61,897 nucleotides of DNA, taken from Azolla caroliniana (taxonomy: Eukaryota > Plantae > Polypodiophyta). The stretch spans positions 1 through 61,897 of the forward strand of contig JBHGNT010000170.1 in assembly GCA_043228905.1 (NCBI GenBank), given 5' to 3'. The position numbers and the translations under genes were made by a program. Shown here one piece after another: positions 25,417-39,400 of the stretch (within the stretch, counting starts at the first letter, position 1; each line of letters begins with the position of its first letter). Below the pieces are notes generated by a model that saw only the letters and a program-made list of their open reading frames with translations, had not been told where the DNA came from and made no database searches.

Positions 25417-26079
25417 TCATGATTCTGGTACATGAGATGGGCTTCTCTTGCTTCTGCTAAGCCTCAGTCCCGATGCAGATGCTTTTGCCTTGGCTGAGCA
25501 AACCTCACAGAAATAAATCTCGCTAGGACTCATTTCTCTCGTTTGTCTTCTTCTCTTAGAATTCTCATTGCCGTAGCTATATTCAATCCTATCTCTTGAT
25601 AACTCTTCTTCCTTTTCGTCATCCCCTTCATCGTCTTCACGATAAAGGTGATTCCTTTCTCCTCCTTCTTTCTCATCATTACATTCATCATCAGTGCCCT
25701 CTTCTTCGAGTTTAGGCCTCTTTTTGAGAGCTTCTTTAGGCTGATGACGATGATAATGTTGTTGTTGTTGTTGATGATGATGATGACTGTGATGAACCTT
25801 CTTGTTAACCTTGAAGCTTTCATGATCACCTTTTCTAGTCGAAGACACAGTAGCTGAGTATAAGAGCTGGCTATGGCTACCACTGCGGGGTCTGGATCCG
25901 AGCTCTGGTTGACCTTCTTCAATGGCATAACGCCAGGTACAGGGGCTCCATCTCCTCTTGGAAGAAGAAGGAGCAATGGAATCTGAGGCTGGAGCTGGCG
26001 CAGGAGCAAGGGCAAGGGCAGGGGCAGGGGTGGGTTGAGGAGGATCGAACACAGGTGCTTCTTCTGATGCTGGCGCCAT
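25417..26079 (-). CDS. Hypothetical low-complexity protein (Pro/Ala-, His/Gln- and acidic tracts, NLS-like LKKRPK, CxxC near the end); may be only the first exon
   Basis: 220-codon ORF from the ATG at 26079, preceded by a GA-repeat leader (26263-26299) and a TAGGGTTT element. No domain recognised. Confidence 0.5.
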   Translation of the reverse strand: MAPASEEAPVFDPPQPTPAPALALAPAPAPASDSIAPSSSKRRWSPCTWRYAIEEGQPELGSRPRSGSHSQLLYSATVSSTRKGDHESFKVNKKVHHSHHHHQQQQQHYHRHQPKEALKKRPKLEEEGTDDECNDEKEGGERNHLYREDDEGDDEKEEELSRDRIEYSYGNENSKRRRQTREMSPSEIYFCEVCSAKAKASASGLRLSRSKRSPSHVPES

Positions 26080-26259
26080 AGCCAAACCCTAAGGGAGTTT
26101 TTGCTTTCTACTACACGAGCGCAGAGACAGGGATGGATGGATGCTCCTCCTCTGGGCGCAAATTGCTGAAAAATGTGAAAGCTCCTCTAATGAGGTATTC
26201 CTTTGCTTGCCATGGTCAAGCTTCTTCTTCTTCTTTTATTATTCCTCGTGTTCCATAAC

Positions 26260-26262
<3 letters not shown>

Positions 26263-26299
<37 letters not shown>
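26263..26299. repeat. (CT)n microsatellite
   Basis: Directly visible. Confidence 0.95.
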
Positions 26300-26302
<3 letters not shown>

Positions 26303-27985
26303 CACATGTATGTGTCGGAACCCCGCTCCCGCATGTCCTTTTCATGCAGCCTGTCGAGAAATGGGATCGGTCTCCAGGTACCCAGAGAATCTAACATGGT
26401 CATATGCCCCGACATGTTCTCCAACGATGATATTTATTCCTTTTCAAGATACCTACGTTTGGCTTGACCCTGTTGTGCTCTCGCTGGTTCGCCACATTCT
26501 ACCCACCGCCTTCGCTAGGATCCCCCCACATCTCCGAACTAACAAAGACTTCCGTGTGATATGTCCTAACTATGTTGGCATTTGTCAATGCAACATCCCC
26601 TCATTCTCGTTGCTTTTCCATTTAATCGTGCAAGACACTAGTCTCGTGTCGATGCACGACGGACGACATGGAGTGGTTGGTCCCACAGTCACTCCTAGCA
26701 CCATTGTCGATAGTTGTCCAAGTCTTGCATGCAAGGCGAACGGAAGAAAAATGAATCCTTCAATATTTCACTCGCTTTTTGTTCATCAAGTTCAATCAAT
26801 GTTGTCAATTTGGAGGGCCAAACCACATGAGTGTCTCACTCAGCCAACACCTTGTTGCTTGAGGAGGAAAAGGAATTGAAGTTTATCCTTCTCTTGGCAT
26901 GCAACTTGCATGTTAGCTTAACCCATGTGTAACTAAGCGTGATACAAAAAGATACATGTCCATTAGTATGTAACATTATGATATGCTAAAGAGGTTGCAT
27001 GTTGGAGAATCAACCATAACTAGGGCAATGGATGTCTTGGAGTGTAACCTACAAGAATCAAGACTATTTTGATTTAAAAAGTTTGTAGTCATTAACATAA
27101 GTCCAAATATTTATGGCAATGAATTCTTAGGAAACAAAAATGTAAGTGCTTGTGGGATAATGCACACATGTTTTTCAATACCATACACTTGCATGTTAGG
27201 AACTTGAGTTTTGAAGCCAAAGGTTCATTGTTACAAATGACATTGAGGTTGTGACAATGTGTATTGATAATTGAAGATTCACATTGCCCATTCTAAAAGT
27301 GTACAAGTTTGAGGAGTAATAATTGCATGAAGTAGTGATAAATCCACATTAGACTCTTCCTTGAGTGTAGAACGACGCATACTCAAGAGTGACTTCATTA
27401 GATAGGGTTATTAGTTTGTGTTTGATACATGATTCTTGACCGAGCCATTACAATTATTTACAATCTCGACCCTTGAGAAGTTCCTAATATCATTCATGTA
27501 TTATTAAGATAAGGCTACAAAGGTTGAAATCCATGTTGAATAGAATGTAGGATCAAGATCATTGGGCCTATGCAAGGACTAGTATAGGGCTAAGAAGGCT
27601 AGAACAATCTCTTGTTGAGATCCATGTTGAATACAACATAGGGTCAAGATCCCAATGTTTACGCATCTCTATTTCAATCAAAATCGAATATATTTTTATT
27701 GTTTTTTATTCCTATTTGAGGGAACATTAGATTATGTTGTTATAATCAATAGTTTTCAAGAAATGGAAGTTAGCTTCTATGGTAGTGAAGGCATTCGATC
27801 AAGAACCTATATCTTTGGAAAGCCAAGTTTAGTAACATTCTTGACCATAAACATGTTGTTACTCTCTGTCTCTCTTGAGCAATTTACTTTAATGCCTTTT
27901 TTATTATAATTTTTTTAAAGCAAATCGATTTTTCATGAGCTAGGACTTTGGAGCTTGATGACTCAAGAGTGAGACGAAGTTTGTA

Positions 27986-30900
27986 TTAGACATCATAAAC
28001 CATGCCTACTTCAAGTAACCTCTCATGTGGTATTATTAGTGCCACACTAGGTCTCCTACAATTCCGTCTCAACATGTCATAGACGTAGTCCACCACCACC
28101 TTCTTCACACCGGATGCACCTTCTCTCGCTTTGACCTCTGAGTTCCCGAGCAAGTAGACAACACCTGCAGCCTTGCATCTTCTCAAGAAAGCTATCTCCT
28201 CCATGGATTCTTGCATCAAGATATGGCTACCATCCCCCATGTCATGTAAAGAAGTTGATATTATGCCGTGGCTAGCATTGTCAAATACAATCTTAGTGTT
28301 TGTCCTACACATTTCACTTTGTCCGCCTAGTGACTCCTCTACTTCTTGAGTGATAAACTCTTCGAGATTTTGTAGAAGCTCTAGCTCAAAGTGATCACTA
28401 TCTTGGCGCACTTCCTTGTATCCATACCTGGCCACACATCGGAACATGTGGATATCCCTTTGACCAACACGACAGAAGAGAAACCGCTCCTTGTCCATAA
28501 CAGTCGTCACGGGAAGGAACTTCACACACACGAAAACCACAACGGCATGTAAGGCAGGGAGGTTCTTCACGGAGTGAGAGAAGATGCACGGTATCCCACT
28601 TGCCAGCTCGGTATATAGCAAGGAAATCCCGTCAATCCGGGCCGTCCATCGTACGAGGTCTTGCACATCGGATTCCGACACCTGGTGCTGCAACTCATAG
28701 TTGTGCCGCCATGTGGCACCATAGTGCCATGTATACATGATGAATAGAAGCCCGACCGAGAATGCTAATGGTAGGTATCCACCCTGGACAAATTTAAACA
28801 AGACGGAGCTGAAGTAGACCATGTCTATGAAACCAAACACCATCAAGAAGGCAAGGATCGCTGGCAACGGGGTTTGCCAAATCATGATCATGATCAGTGT
28901 GATAAAGCTTGTTGTAACAATCATCACGCCAACAACGGCAATACCTGAATAAGAGGAAAGTTAGCATTTTCCCGGCTGCTATTTACAAAAAATGCCATCT
29001 TTAACTTAACATTAAAAGATGCAACTGCATCATACAGATATAGGTACGTGCAAACATATTATATAACTATAGATGCAAACATGTCATACCATATGCATTC
29101 CCTAGCTTATTTGTTGATTGGAACGCTGCTGTCACTACGATCGCAGCTATCATCAGCACCCAGTTCACTTCGGGAACATACACTTGTCCTACAACTTTAC
29201 TTGATGTATGAACAACTTTTACTGTTGGAAAACAGCTCAGATCCATCGATTGCTTCACAATCGAGAACGTGGCCGACACCATCGCTTGGCTAGCTATAAC
29301 CGCAGCCGCTATTGCTACAGCAAATATCGGCCAATACAAAGGTTCTGAGAAAAGAAAAGAAAAAGATCATGTGTGAATGCCAGCTTCGTAAATCATCTAA
29401 CAGATCAGATTGATGTAGTGAAGATATGATGATGATGATGATGAACCACCTGGGATGGACCTGTAAAATGTATTAGTGACGTCTTCAGGACACTTCATAA
29501 GGTATGCTGCTTGTCCGAGATAAGCTAAAAGACAACAAGGGTAAACAACAAACCCAAAAGCAATCTGCATTCAACAAAACAATAGAAAGAATCTTTTACA
29601 ACCTAAACCAAAAAATGAAAGGCCTTTTCTGTGTAGATTGATTTTCTTTTTATTACTTGTATTGATGGAACAGAAAAATGACCAAGATCAGCAAACATGG
29701 CTTCTACACCTGCAATCAAAATGAAGCAAACATCAAATTTTGAGATGCAAATATATGCTGCCCATGTTTACACTCAAAAAACCAACCATCAAAACAATTC
29801 AGAAAAGAAAAGTTTACTATAAATTTATTGTGTCGGTTAGTTACATCCAGCAAAAGTTAGATGACTTGATAGAGACCTGTTATGCAAAGCACAATCCCTC
29901 CAAGTGAGATCCACCCCTTCCTCAAGTTCCCCTGGAAATAGTCATAGATACACATCGGGTTGAATGCCTTAAATATCGTGTGGTCGTATTTGAAGATGTT
30001 AAAAAGACCTATCGAGCCTATGGCGATGAACCATGTTAGAACCACAGGAGCAAACACAATTCCCACTTTGGATGTTCCAAACCTTTGCACTGAGAACAAT
30101 CCTATGAGGATGAGGATTGATACTATGACGACAACATCTGCAGGATGAGATATCCAAAACCGTAAGTGTTAATAGCAAAATCCAAATTAATTGTTTGGAA
30201 CCAACTTCTAGGTAACACATCTTATTTGCAAAATTTATTCAAAATTCTTACCTTGATGTAGGCTAGATATGGCCGCCTGAATTCCTGAAACTGCAGAAAG
30301 CACTGCAGAAAGCTGTGAGGCCTGCATTAGTGAGAACCCCTAAGAATACATGCAATAAGTTTGCATTGCTATTATTATTATAACTGTAGAAAAACACAGT
30401 CATTAAATTTTGTATATGTAGCTTGAACCTGAGATTGCCGGTGTAAGCACGCCATCACCAATAACCATGCATGTACCCAACAGAGCCATGAAAAGGAGAC
30501 CCGTTTTTGCACCATGGCTTTTCTCCAATGCATTCTTTAACTTCATGGCTCTCTTCAACTGCCGACTAGGCATCTTGAGTTTATAAAACGAAAGGTCTCT
30601 ATCTTCTATTTGTTGATTCGGTAGGAGACTAACATTTGCACTACGGCATATCAACGAATATAGTGCAAACGTCCCACCTAGAAATCACATAAAAAACTTT
30701 AATACTATGAAATTCTCGTGAAGGAAATTTACATAAGATAACAGAGTATATACCATCTCCATTATCGTTTGCCCATAGAACCACACATATGTATTTGATG
30801 AGAGGAATCAAAGTTAGGGTATAAATGATAAGAGACAGAGATCCAAGAATCTCTGTTTGGTATCTTGTCGGGTGGAGACCATCTGGGAAAGTGCTTGCAA

Positions 30901-31460
30901 ATACATATAATGGTGATGTACCCACGTCTCCATATACAACTCCAATGCTTTGGTACGCCAATTGAAGAATAACATACGTCGAGAGAGCCTGTACATGCAT
31001 CGTCCATACCAAAATTCCATGAGATTAATTGTGTTTTTGGTTTGTTTTACAAAATAAAATGATTCTACGAAGAACTTTTCATAGAGGAACATAGTTGAAT
31101 GCAAATCTCTTAAAAAACTACATTTTTCTTAGAGAATATAGATTCAGAAACCCAGAAATGTTCATGTACTAGTGTTTTTCCTTTGATAAAAATAAACACA
31201 AGAAGCATAGAAATATACATTAAGAGCTAGGTTTGTTGTTTGATGGAGAGCATACGAACCTCTCTTCTGTGATGGGGCATGCCAGAGACATGGCTGGCTT
31301 CTGCCTCAAGAGAACTGTGACGAGTGTTGGTTGTACTACCATCATGTTCATTCTCAAGGTTTAGGGTTATGTCATGAGAGGAATTAACCTCACCATCTTC
31401 GTCCTCATCATCATCATCATCATCATCATCGCTATGGGTCGGGCTCAAGTTAAGGCTCAT
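27986..31460 (-). CDS. KUP/HAK/KT potassium transporter (HAK5-like clade), ~9 exons
   Basis: [88 protein letters not shown] and [10 protein letters not shown]. Exons ~31460-31260, 30988-30753, 30677-30430, 30303-30252, 30137-29876, 29709-29657, 29563-29450, 29345-29089, 28943-27986. A (TCA)n run at 31405-31430 encodes an N-terminal poly-Asp. Confidence 0.95.
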
Positions 31461-34400
31461 CGCACAGAGTTACTTGGCAGACAGGCAGCCACGGGATGTG
31501 AGATTTGGACAGAGAGTAACCGAAATAACTAACATAGATAGAGATAGCACCTGAATTGCATTGTTGGTTTGCCATGAACACATTGCTATCTTCTTGGTCA
31601 TGGTGAAACAAAGCTCCCAAAGTTTGCTAAGGAAGAGAAGTTGTTGCTACCACAAGAGTGGTTCCATGGTAGATGATGTTACAACACTTTAGTAACTATA
31701 ACTATTACCCATGGCTAGATTCTAGTAATATCACGCCCTCGCAATCGTAACTACTACTATTCTATAGATGATGTTTCCGTGATTTGGTAACTTAAAATGT
31801 TGTTGATGACAATCTGGCTTTGTCCAGCTCAAGGTTGCCTGTTCAACCACCAAATTAGCCAATGGATGGCTCACGGGGTAAATAAGGCCTAGAACAACTT
31901 TGTAGTATAGAACTCGATTCCACAACTCATATAACATGTCATCATGTGCGGTGTTTGTTAGGCCATGGGTACATGTCAATTTTATCTTTATCTAGATCTA
32001 TATTTCTACACGCCCATTGGTCTTCTCTCACTCTTTATTTGCTCCTTTTGATTTGTCCTTCACCCTCATCTTCATTCTTATCCTCCATGCATTGTCCCAA
32101 TTCTTGATAGGTTGATCAACTCGACAATCAGCTAGCGGAAAATAACAATTGGCTCAATTACCTCTCGCGTCTCTTTTCATCCGAAGGGTCAACCATTGAC
32201 CTTCGACTTTAGTGTCACTTGACTCTAGGCTAATCTTTTGTGATCGATCATCAACTCATCTATCGTCCCACATATTTATTATGTGCTCTTTCATGAGTGC
32301 TTGTCCAACAATGATGCAATCACCTTCATAGCTTACACCATTAATGGGCAACGATATCTCATTCACATGAGGGGTGTCCCAATAGCACAAAACCCCCCCA
32401 TCTCGCAAAAGTTATACAAGTTAGATCCTCAAACTTATTTATATTATTCTCTATTATTCATAATAAGAGCATCAAGAGTAATGTATGGATGCTTTCCTCT
32501 TGCATTATTATGAATCAACAAATTATATAGTAGAAGAATTTCACCATTGAAATCATTGACTTTTTACTTCATCAAGGATAAGGCTTTTGTCCCTAGTTGT
32601 CATATGCTTCTTAGTGTCAAGATAGTTCAAGCGTTGGACATCTCAAGATATGTAAAATGTAATTCCATGTACATCTCTCTATATATGAATCCCAATGCAT
32701 TGAGGTTATGTTGTTGATGTGCAAACAAAAAGTCAAGGTTTTTCCCTAAGAATTTCTTTTTCTCAAATGTTTTAGTAAAGTTATTTATTAGAAAATGTTC
32801 AAGAGTATTTATCATTCGTTCCATTAAATTGAATCTGAATATTAACAAATTGGGATGTATTTGTGACATGTTCAATATTTGTGTCACATAATGATGGGAT
32901 GGCGTCCAATGAATTTAGATGATCAAACACTTAAGAGCCCTACTCAGATGTGAAGTTCTCTTTATGGTATTGCTTTGTTTAGTTGTAAGTGTAGATCATT
33001 GGAAGGCTCTCGTTTGGAGAAATGCATGACATTAACGTGCAAAGAGGCCATAGTCATGCAGATTTGTCAAAGAGGAATGAATTTAATTCCAACTTATGAC
33101 ATAGTATTAGTATTTGCGTCCAGATACACGTTGTTGGCAAGACATTTTTTACCATTAGGACCTAGAACTTGAAATGATATGAAGAAGAAAATTGCACTGA
33201 GGTATAGTTTTACTATTTAGCATCTCATCAAAAACTAGAGATGCTTAGCCAAAGTCAAGGCTCCAATATTGTATATACATACATACTTGGTCAAATTCAA
33301 TGCACTAATATAGGTATGCTTAGTCAAAGTGGAAGTGCCTACTCACTATAATTAAGAAAAATAACATGTCATGCTTAAAGGATCAATAGAGGTAGGATTA
33401 TACACGAACTTGATCATTCTAATCATCAATCAATTTTCGCTACTTTTCAATGCCATTGATTAATCAATCAATTAAGCTTTGATCGAATAGAAGTGAAGTT
33501 TTTTGAACATTAAGCTCCTAAGTCTCACAATCACATATAATGTCCCACTTTCAAATATATATGATCGTAATTAGCGAATCAAGCTTTGAAGCTCATGAGA
33601 TCACTTGAATTTCGCATTGATATTTTTTTTGGTGATTACTAGTGTTGGTACCAAGAAATCTTTTGAACTTGTTCCTCGTTCATGACAAAATATGGGTACT
33701 ATTGGGGTCATTCAATCCCATATGGACTTAATGGCAACATTGAAGCCTAGCCATTAGGGTAGCTTGAGAGCCATGAAGTTCGATGGATTTGGTGGTTGAA
33801 AATCTTATACTACACATGCGTGTTGTAAGAATGTTGATTCATACCCCAAGGTATCCTCATTGAAAGCCTGCACCACCTCCTACGCACGCTTGAATGCCTC
33901 TTAGTGTTGCACTATGGACTTTTCTAGCGTCTAGGAGATTAGCCTATATACATATACATGCTATAAGTGGGAAAGTATCTCCATTAACTTTAGTTTTTGG
34001 TACAACACACTCCAGAATTATTTCTATGGATTTTATTGTTGGTTTAATCTTCTCTTGACTAGTTATTAAATGACGTGATGAGCCAATGGTTCTCCTATCA
34101 TATGATGCCACAAAATATTGATGCTTATTTGGGTCATCCCACATCACATCATTGGTATCAGCTATTATATTTTCCCTAAAAAAAGGTTTGGGTGCCAATT
34201 GGCTAATGGGACCTTAGTAGTCTAGTTGCCAAGATACTAAATCCCGAATAAAGACATGACACTTGCAAGTATATGCTCATACAAACAAAGGGGTGAAACT
34301 AATATAAGAGACATTTAGTGTCTAGTTACTATTAGTAGTAGTAACTAGATATACATGTAAGAATATTTGTGACTATACCATAAACTAAATAAGGAGATTT

Positions 34401-36411
34401 TGCATACTTGAGGTCTTATGTATGTATATATATCCATCTCAAATAAAGCAAGTTATATATATATTTATTTATTTATTTAAAAACCTAACTTTCAATTGTA
34501 GTTGCCTCGTTTCAAGAGACATAAGACCCCACATACTAGATCCCCATCCCAATTTGACATTGTGGTGGTCATGGTGAGGCCACAAATGTAACGTTACTAC
34601 ATCAAGTTTTTTGGAATGTCAGTTTTGGATTTGCTCGAATATTCTTTGTCTTCATCTATAATTTCTAAACCTTTGTACACAAAGTTGGTCATTCAACATA
34701 CCCAACTTTAACTCATCACACCATGTTTTCACCCAAACCCTCACCTATATTAGTTTCTTTCTTTGTCATTATCAATATCTAATTAGCTTGGCATTTTATG
34801 ATTAATGCCTACCAACTTATGGTTCTTGGCCCATTCACAGACATTATAGCAAAATAAACGAAGGGTATTAGTGTTGTGAGATCATTTTAGCTAGTGTATG
34901 TCAATGTTTTATCATCATTTGAACTTGTTCTAAAGTCATTGTAGCAATCACAAAATGTCACTTTTGGATGATGTAACTATAAAATTGTATGTCATTGTGA
35001 TTCTCCACATTAGGACATATGTGTCATTGTGTCACTCTTGGATGGTATAGCTATAAATATTGTCAAATTTACTTATTGGGCCCACCCACATTCCTATAGG
35101 AAACTAGAATGTATAATAACTAACCATTCATACATCCAACAATATCTCCCTATATCCATAAATGTCAACCACATGAAAGACAACAGTAAGTAGCTCAATA
35201 ATTCAGAGCTTATCAGCATTCCTGCCTTCAAACCACCTAACCAATTCCATACATATATCCAAAAAAATTACACTTGGACACCTTATTCAAAGGTTCTTCA
35301 TGCATACATTGCTCTGATTCCCAAGATTAGACCTAGTGCAATGGCCTCTTGACCTTGGATAGCCAAACACCCACACTCCAGTGCATTAAACAAGTAATAG
35401 TAAATGCCTGTGGGAATGACAATGCTAATTCTCAAACAATTTATGTAATTTGCATCATGCTTTATTAGATTCCACAATATCTATAAATAGGTACAAAATG
35501 GTAGAGAGATTTTTATGAATACTCGCAATATGCTTACAGTGGAATATACTCATAAATAAAAAACTAAGTCGATCAATACATTTGTTTATTCAAAACTTGA
35601 GCCCCAATAAAGGGATTATACTGTAGTTCACAATACTACCACGCAAACGTACAAATTCCCCAGAGACTTCATGAATATTCTCAAGTTAAAAAAAAGAGTA
35701 TTCCAAGTCTATCTTCATCTCGTGAATAGAGATGACTTGAGACTAAATCTCAAATGAATGGAGAAGTGTTCGAATTTTGCTTACATTTACCTCAAATGTA
35801 TGATAGCATTTCTATTATAAATTAAATACATTCCTAGCACTAGTACGGATAATTGGATTTACATACCCACCACCCACCACCCCCCAATAAGGTCTTTCGA
35901 AAGAATTCCAAAATGGATCCATCCTTTGTTAGCTCATATTTTGAACACAACCACCTATTTGGTGACCTTAGTTCGGTGTGTACAAATCATCAAAGCTTGT
36001 TGGGAGACAGTGAAAAACTAGAAGAAGAAAAAAGAAAAAGAAAAAATAGAAGTAAAAATCTGGATTCAAAACCTCGATGCCTCCCCATGCTAGAACTGAC
36101 TGTACATGTACTTACCCAGTACATCCTCCATATTCTAAAAAAATGCAAATCCCGAAAACACAATTCTACCTCATCTCCAACCTTTGATTGGAAACCAGAT
36201 CCTTCCTTTTGGTTAAAACCATGGATAATAAGATCATATATCTCATAGTTCTCTTTTTGGCCACCATAACTTGCAAAAATAGTTACAGCCTTCTGATCAG
36301 CTCCCCGATTGACTCGAGCCAACTCGGTGTTGCCGCTGAAAAGCAGAGTTACGAAGCTACATTTCCTGAAAATAGAAAGAGATGTCAAATTGTCTTTAAT
36401 AAAATGGAAGA

Positions 36412-39400
36412 TCACTTATGGATACCAAAATTTTGTAGAAATAGAAGTACCTCCATAGCATCCTGACCCTCCTCTGACTTGCCTCCGGCAGCTGAGGGGA
36501 AATATACAGTTTCAACTGACGAGAGTAAATTCGTGGATTCTTCGAAGACTCCACGACTTGTTGGTGTTTCTTGTTCAAAGCTCGAGAGATCATCAAAACT
36601 TGTTATTGAGCTATTGAAAGAGCCATAATGACAAGGTAAAGTCGTTTGAAAACCACATGGAGTTTCCTCTTCTACCCTTAGACTTTGGAGCCCATTTTCA
36701 AGGCTCTCTAGAATATCACTTCTGTTACCACATTCACAATTCAATGTAGGATGGTCGTCATCATCATATTTTACCTTTTTCTTCTGCAGCCATCGGTTCT
36801 TTACTTCAGTTCGTGCTGCCTCATGCTTGCGCTGAAGCTCTTGCATCTCCTGTTGATGACGAACTTCAAGTTCAGCCAGTTCTTGGGATACATCATCATC
36901 ATCACCATTCAGGCCGTGTTGCAAGACAGGAAGTTTAGACATAAGTTCTTGACCATTGCCTTCTTGCCGATAACACTCAGGCTGTAGAGATGGCCCGAAG
37001 ACTCTAGCCACACCATTATCATCATCACCCCTGTCACAAGGATGCAAATGGACTATATCCTCCCATATCTTGTGCACAAAATTTGCATATCCAGCCTTCC
37101 ATTTGGACTCTACAAGCTCGGTAAATGCAACCGTGGTAGTAGATTCCCTCGTATTTGTAATAACACCTGAGCATTCCTCGAAGGCTGGCTTATTCATTGG
37201 TAATAGTATTTGATACTCATGAGAACTCATGCTATCTGTCAAGCTCCAATCGGCATCATGGGAAACTTCACTTGCCTCACTAGATGCAGTGCATTCTTCA
37301 GCTTCCTGGGCAGGAATCTCAGACCTATGACATTGGTAAGTAACTTCTTCAAATCTCCCATACATGAGACCCTCAACTCGCGATGGAGAAACAGTTTCTT
37401 CTCTAGCAGAATAGGATGGATTTTCTTCTATGGTCCCTTCAGACGGCACATTTTTCATCGGATCATGGACACCAACCATACCATCATTGCCTTCATTGTC
37501 TACGTCTTCACCATCACAGCAAGTCTCATCAATAGCCACACCTGGTTTCCACTCTGGGACAAGGGCCAAAATTGCTGCATCAATCATTTCTGCGATTTTA
37601 GTAACATCTTGGTCTGTTAGATCCAACTCAGCAACCATCTCACTTGCCACACACATGGCTGTGTCTATTTCCACATCAAATGGGAAATGAATGTTACGAA
37701 CCTGACCTGCATTAAAACATATCTGATTGATATATCTGCAGAGCCATAAAAATGGGGCAAAGAAGAAATTCAAAGCATGCGATTGTTTTATTTTTCACTT
37801 CACAACTGCAAAACTTGTTAGACTGTTTGTACTCTCAAGCAGATAGTCAGGATACAGATACGGATGTGTCTTGTGAGGATACACCTACAGATACAAGTTT
37901 TGTGGGGAAATATCTATGGATAAAAATCCCACATCACGAATTAAGCATGAGTGTTTTATGTTATGAAAACAGCTTTCCTACTGCAGATAATGGATACATA
38001 CATAAACATCTATAACACTGGATTGCTTCAAAGCGTAATTGTAGGTTTTTGTGATTTGTTAATTAAAAAACACACACATCTTTAGTTTCAATGGATTGAA
38101 TCGACAAGACAACTTGTTTCATGTTAACTGGATTCTATGTGACTGACTCTTTTAAACAAGCGAAAAACGCAAATAGTGTCAGAATAACATGTTACCTTCC
38201 GATCCTGATATCTGCAATTTTAGAAAGACATTGTCATCTTCCCTTAATTTTCCATTTACTCTGAAATCTACACTTCTGGCCCTCTCTTCTTTACAGTAAG
38301 GAAACGGTGAAGGTTCTGTGCTTTCTGTTTGGCTGACTTTCGAGTCACATGCCGCCGAACAGGTGCATCCATCACTACCATCATACACATAAGCAGGTAA
38401 TGTTTCCTTCAGTACGTAACTTATCTGCACCGTCGCAGATACACCAAGTGCCTCCTCATTACTAACTGCTTTGTCATCTGTACCATTGGCCATGCGTATT
38501 CGCCTTCCTAAATGTGGTGATGATTCTAATGATACTCGACTACCATCGCATTGAAGAAAAGGGTCCACCAAAAGCTCTCTCGCTGGAAGCCTCTCTGAGG
38601 CTGGAGCCAAACATTTCTCGATAAATTGACATAATTCAGGATCCTTGATCTGCTTCAGAGCTTCTGGTTTTTTCCCCTGAAATGATTAACCACTCTGAAT
38701 AGGGTCAGATGAAAGATCAGAAAAGCCATTCTTAAAATGTTTGCCTGCATTTGAAATCTAGTGGATTCAGACATAGTTCACGCGCACCATCATAACTTTC
38801 TTGTAAATTTGGGCAGCATTACTGCACTCGCTATATGGATATTCTGATGTGACCATCTCGAGGAGACACATTCCAAATGAATAGACATCTACCAACTCTG
38901 TGTATTCCTCCTCATAGAGCTCTGGTGCCATAAACTCCGGTGTCCCTGGACAAATTATGCACATACAAGAAAGTGAAAACATTGTAATGGTGGTGGACTT
39001 TATTCAAGTGATATTACATTAAAATGGCTAACATTTAAATGGTTGAGAAAAACAGGACGATAAAATTTATTCTACATACATCCAAGGATGGACAATCACA
39101 AAGAATTATAATTCTTTGATGTAAAGATTAAGAGCTTGTGATGGAGCAGCAAATAATACTCAATGTTTGGGTAAAAAGGTATTCCCATTTACTAAAACTT
39201 CAGTTGAATTATTGAACTCTAGTTGTTGAGGATATGTATAGTGGGAATAGAATCTGATGAAATTATATCAAATTCCAATCCAACATTCCTATAGATTTGT
39301 TATCTGTTTTTAGGTATTTTAAGCCATGGAAAGGAAATTTGGTTGATTAGTAAAGACAAATAGTTTCCCTAAACATTAGTCCCACCTATGACACTTCGAG

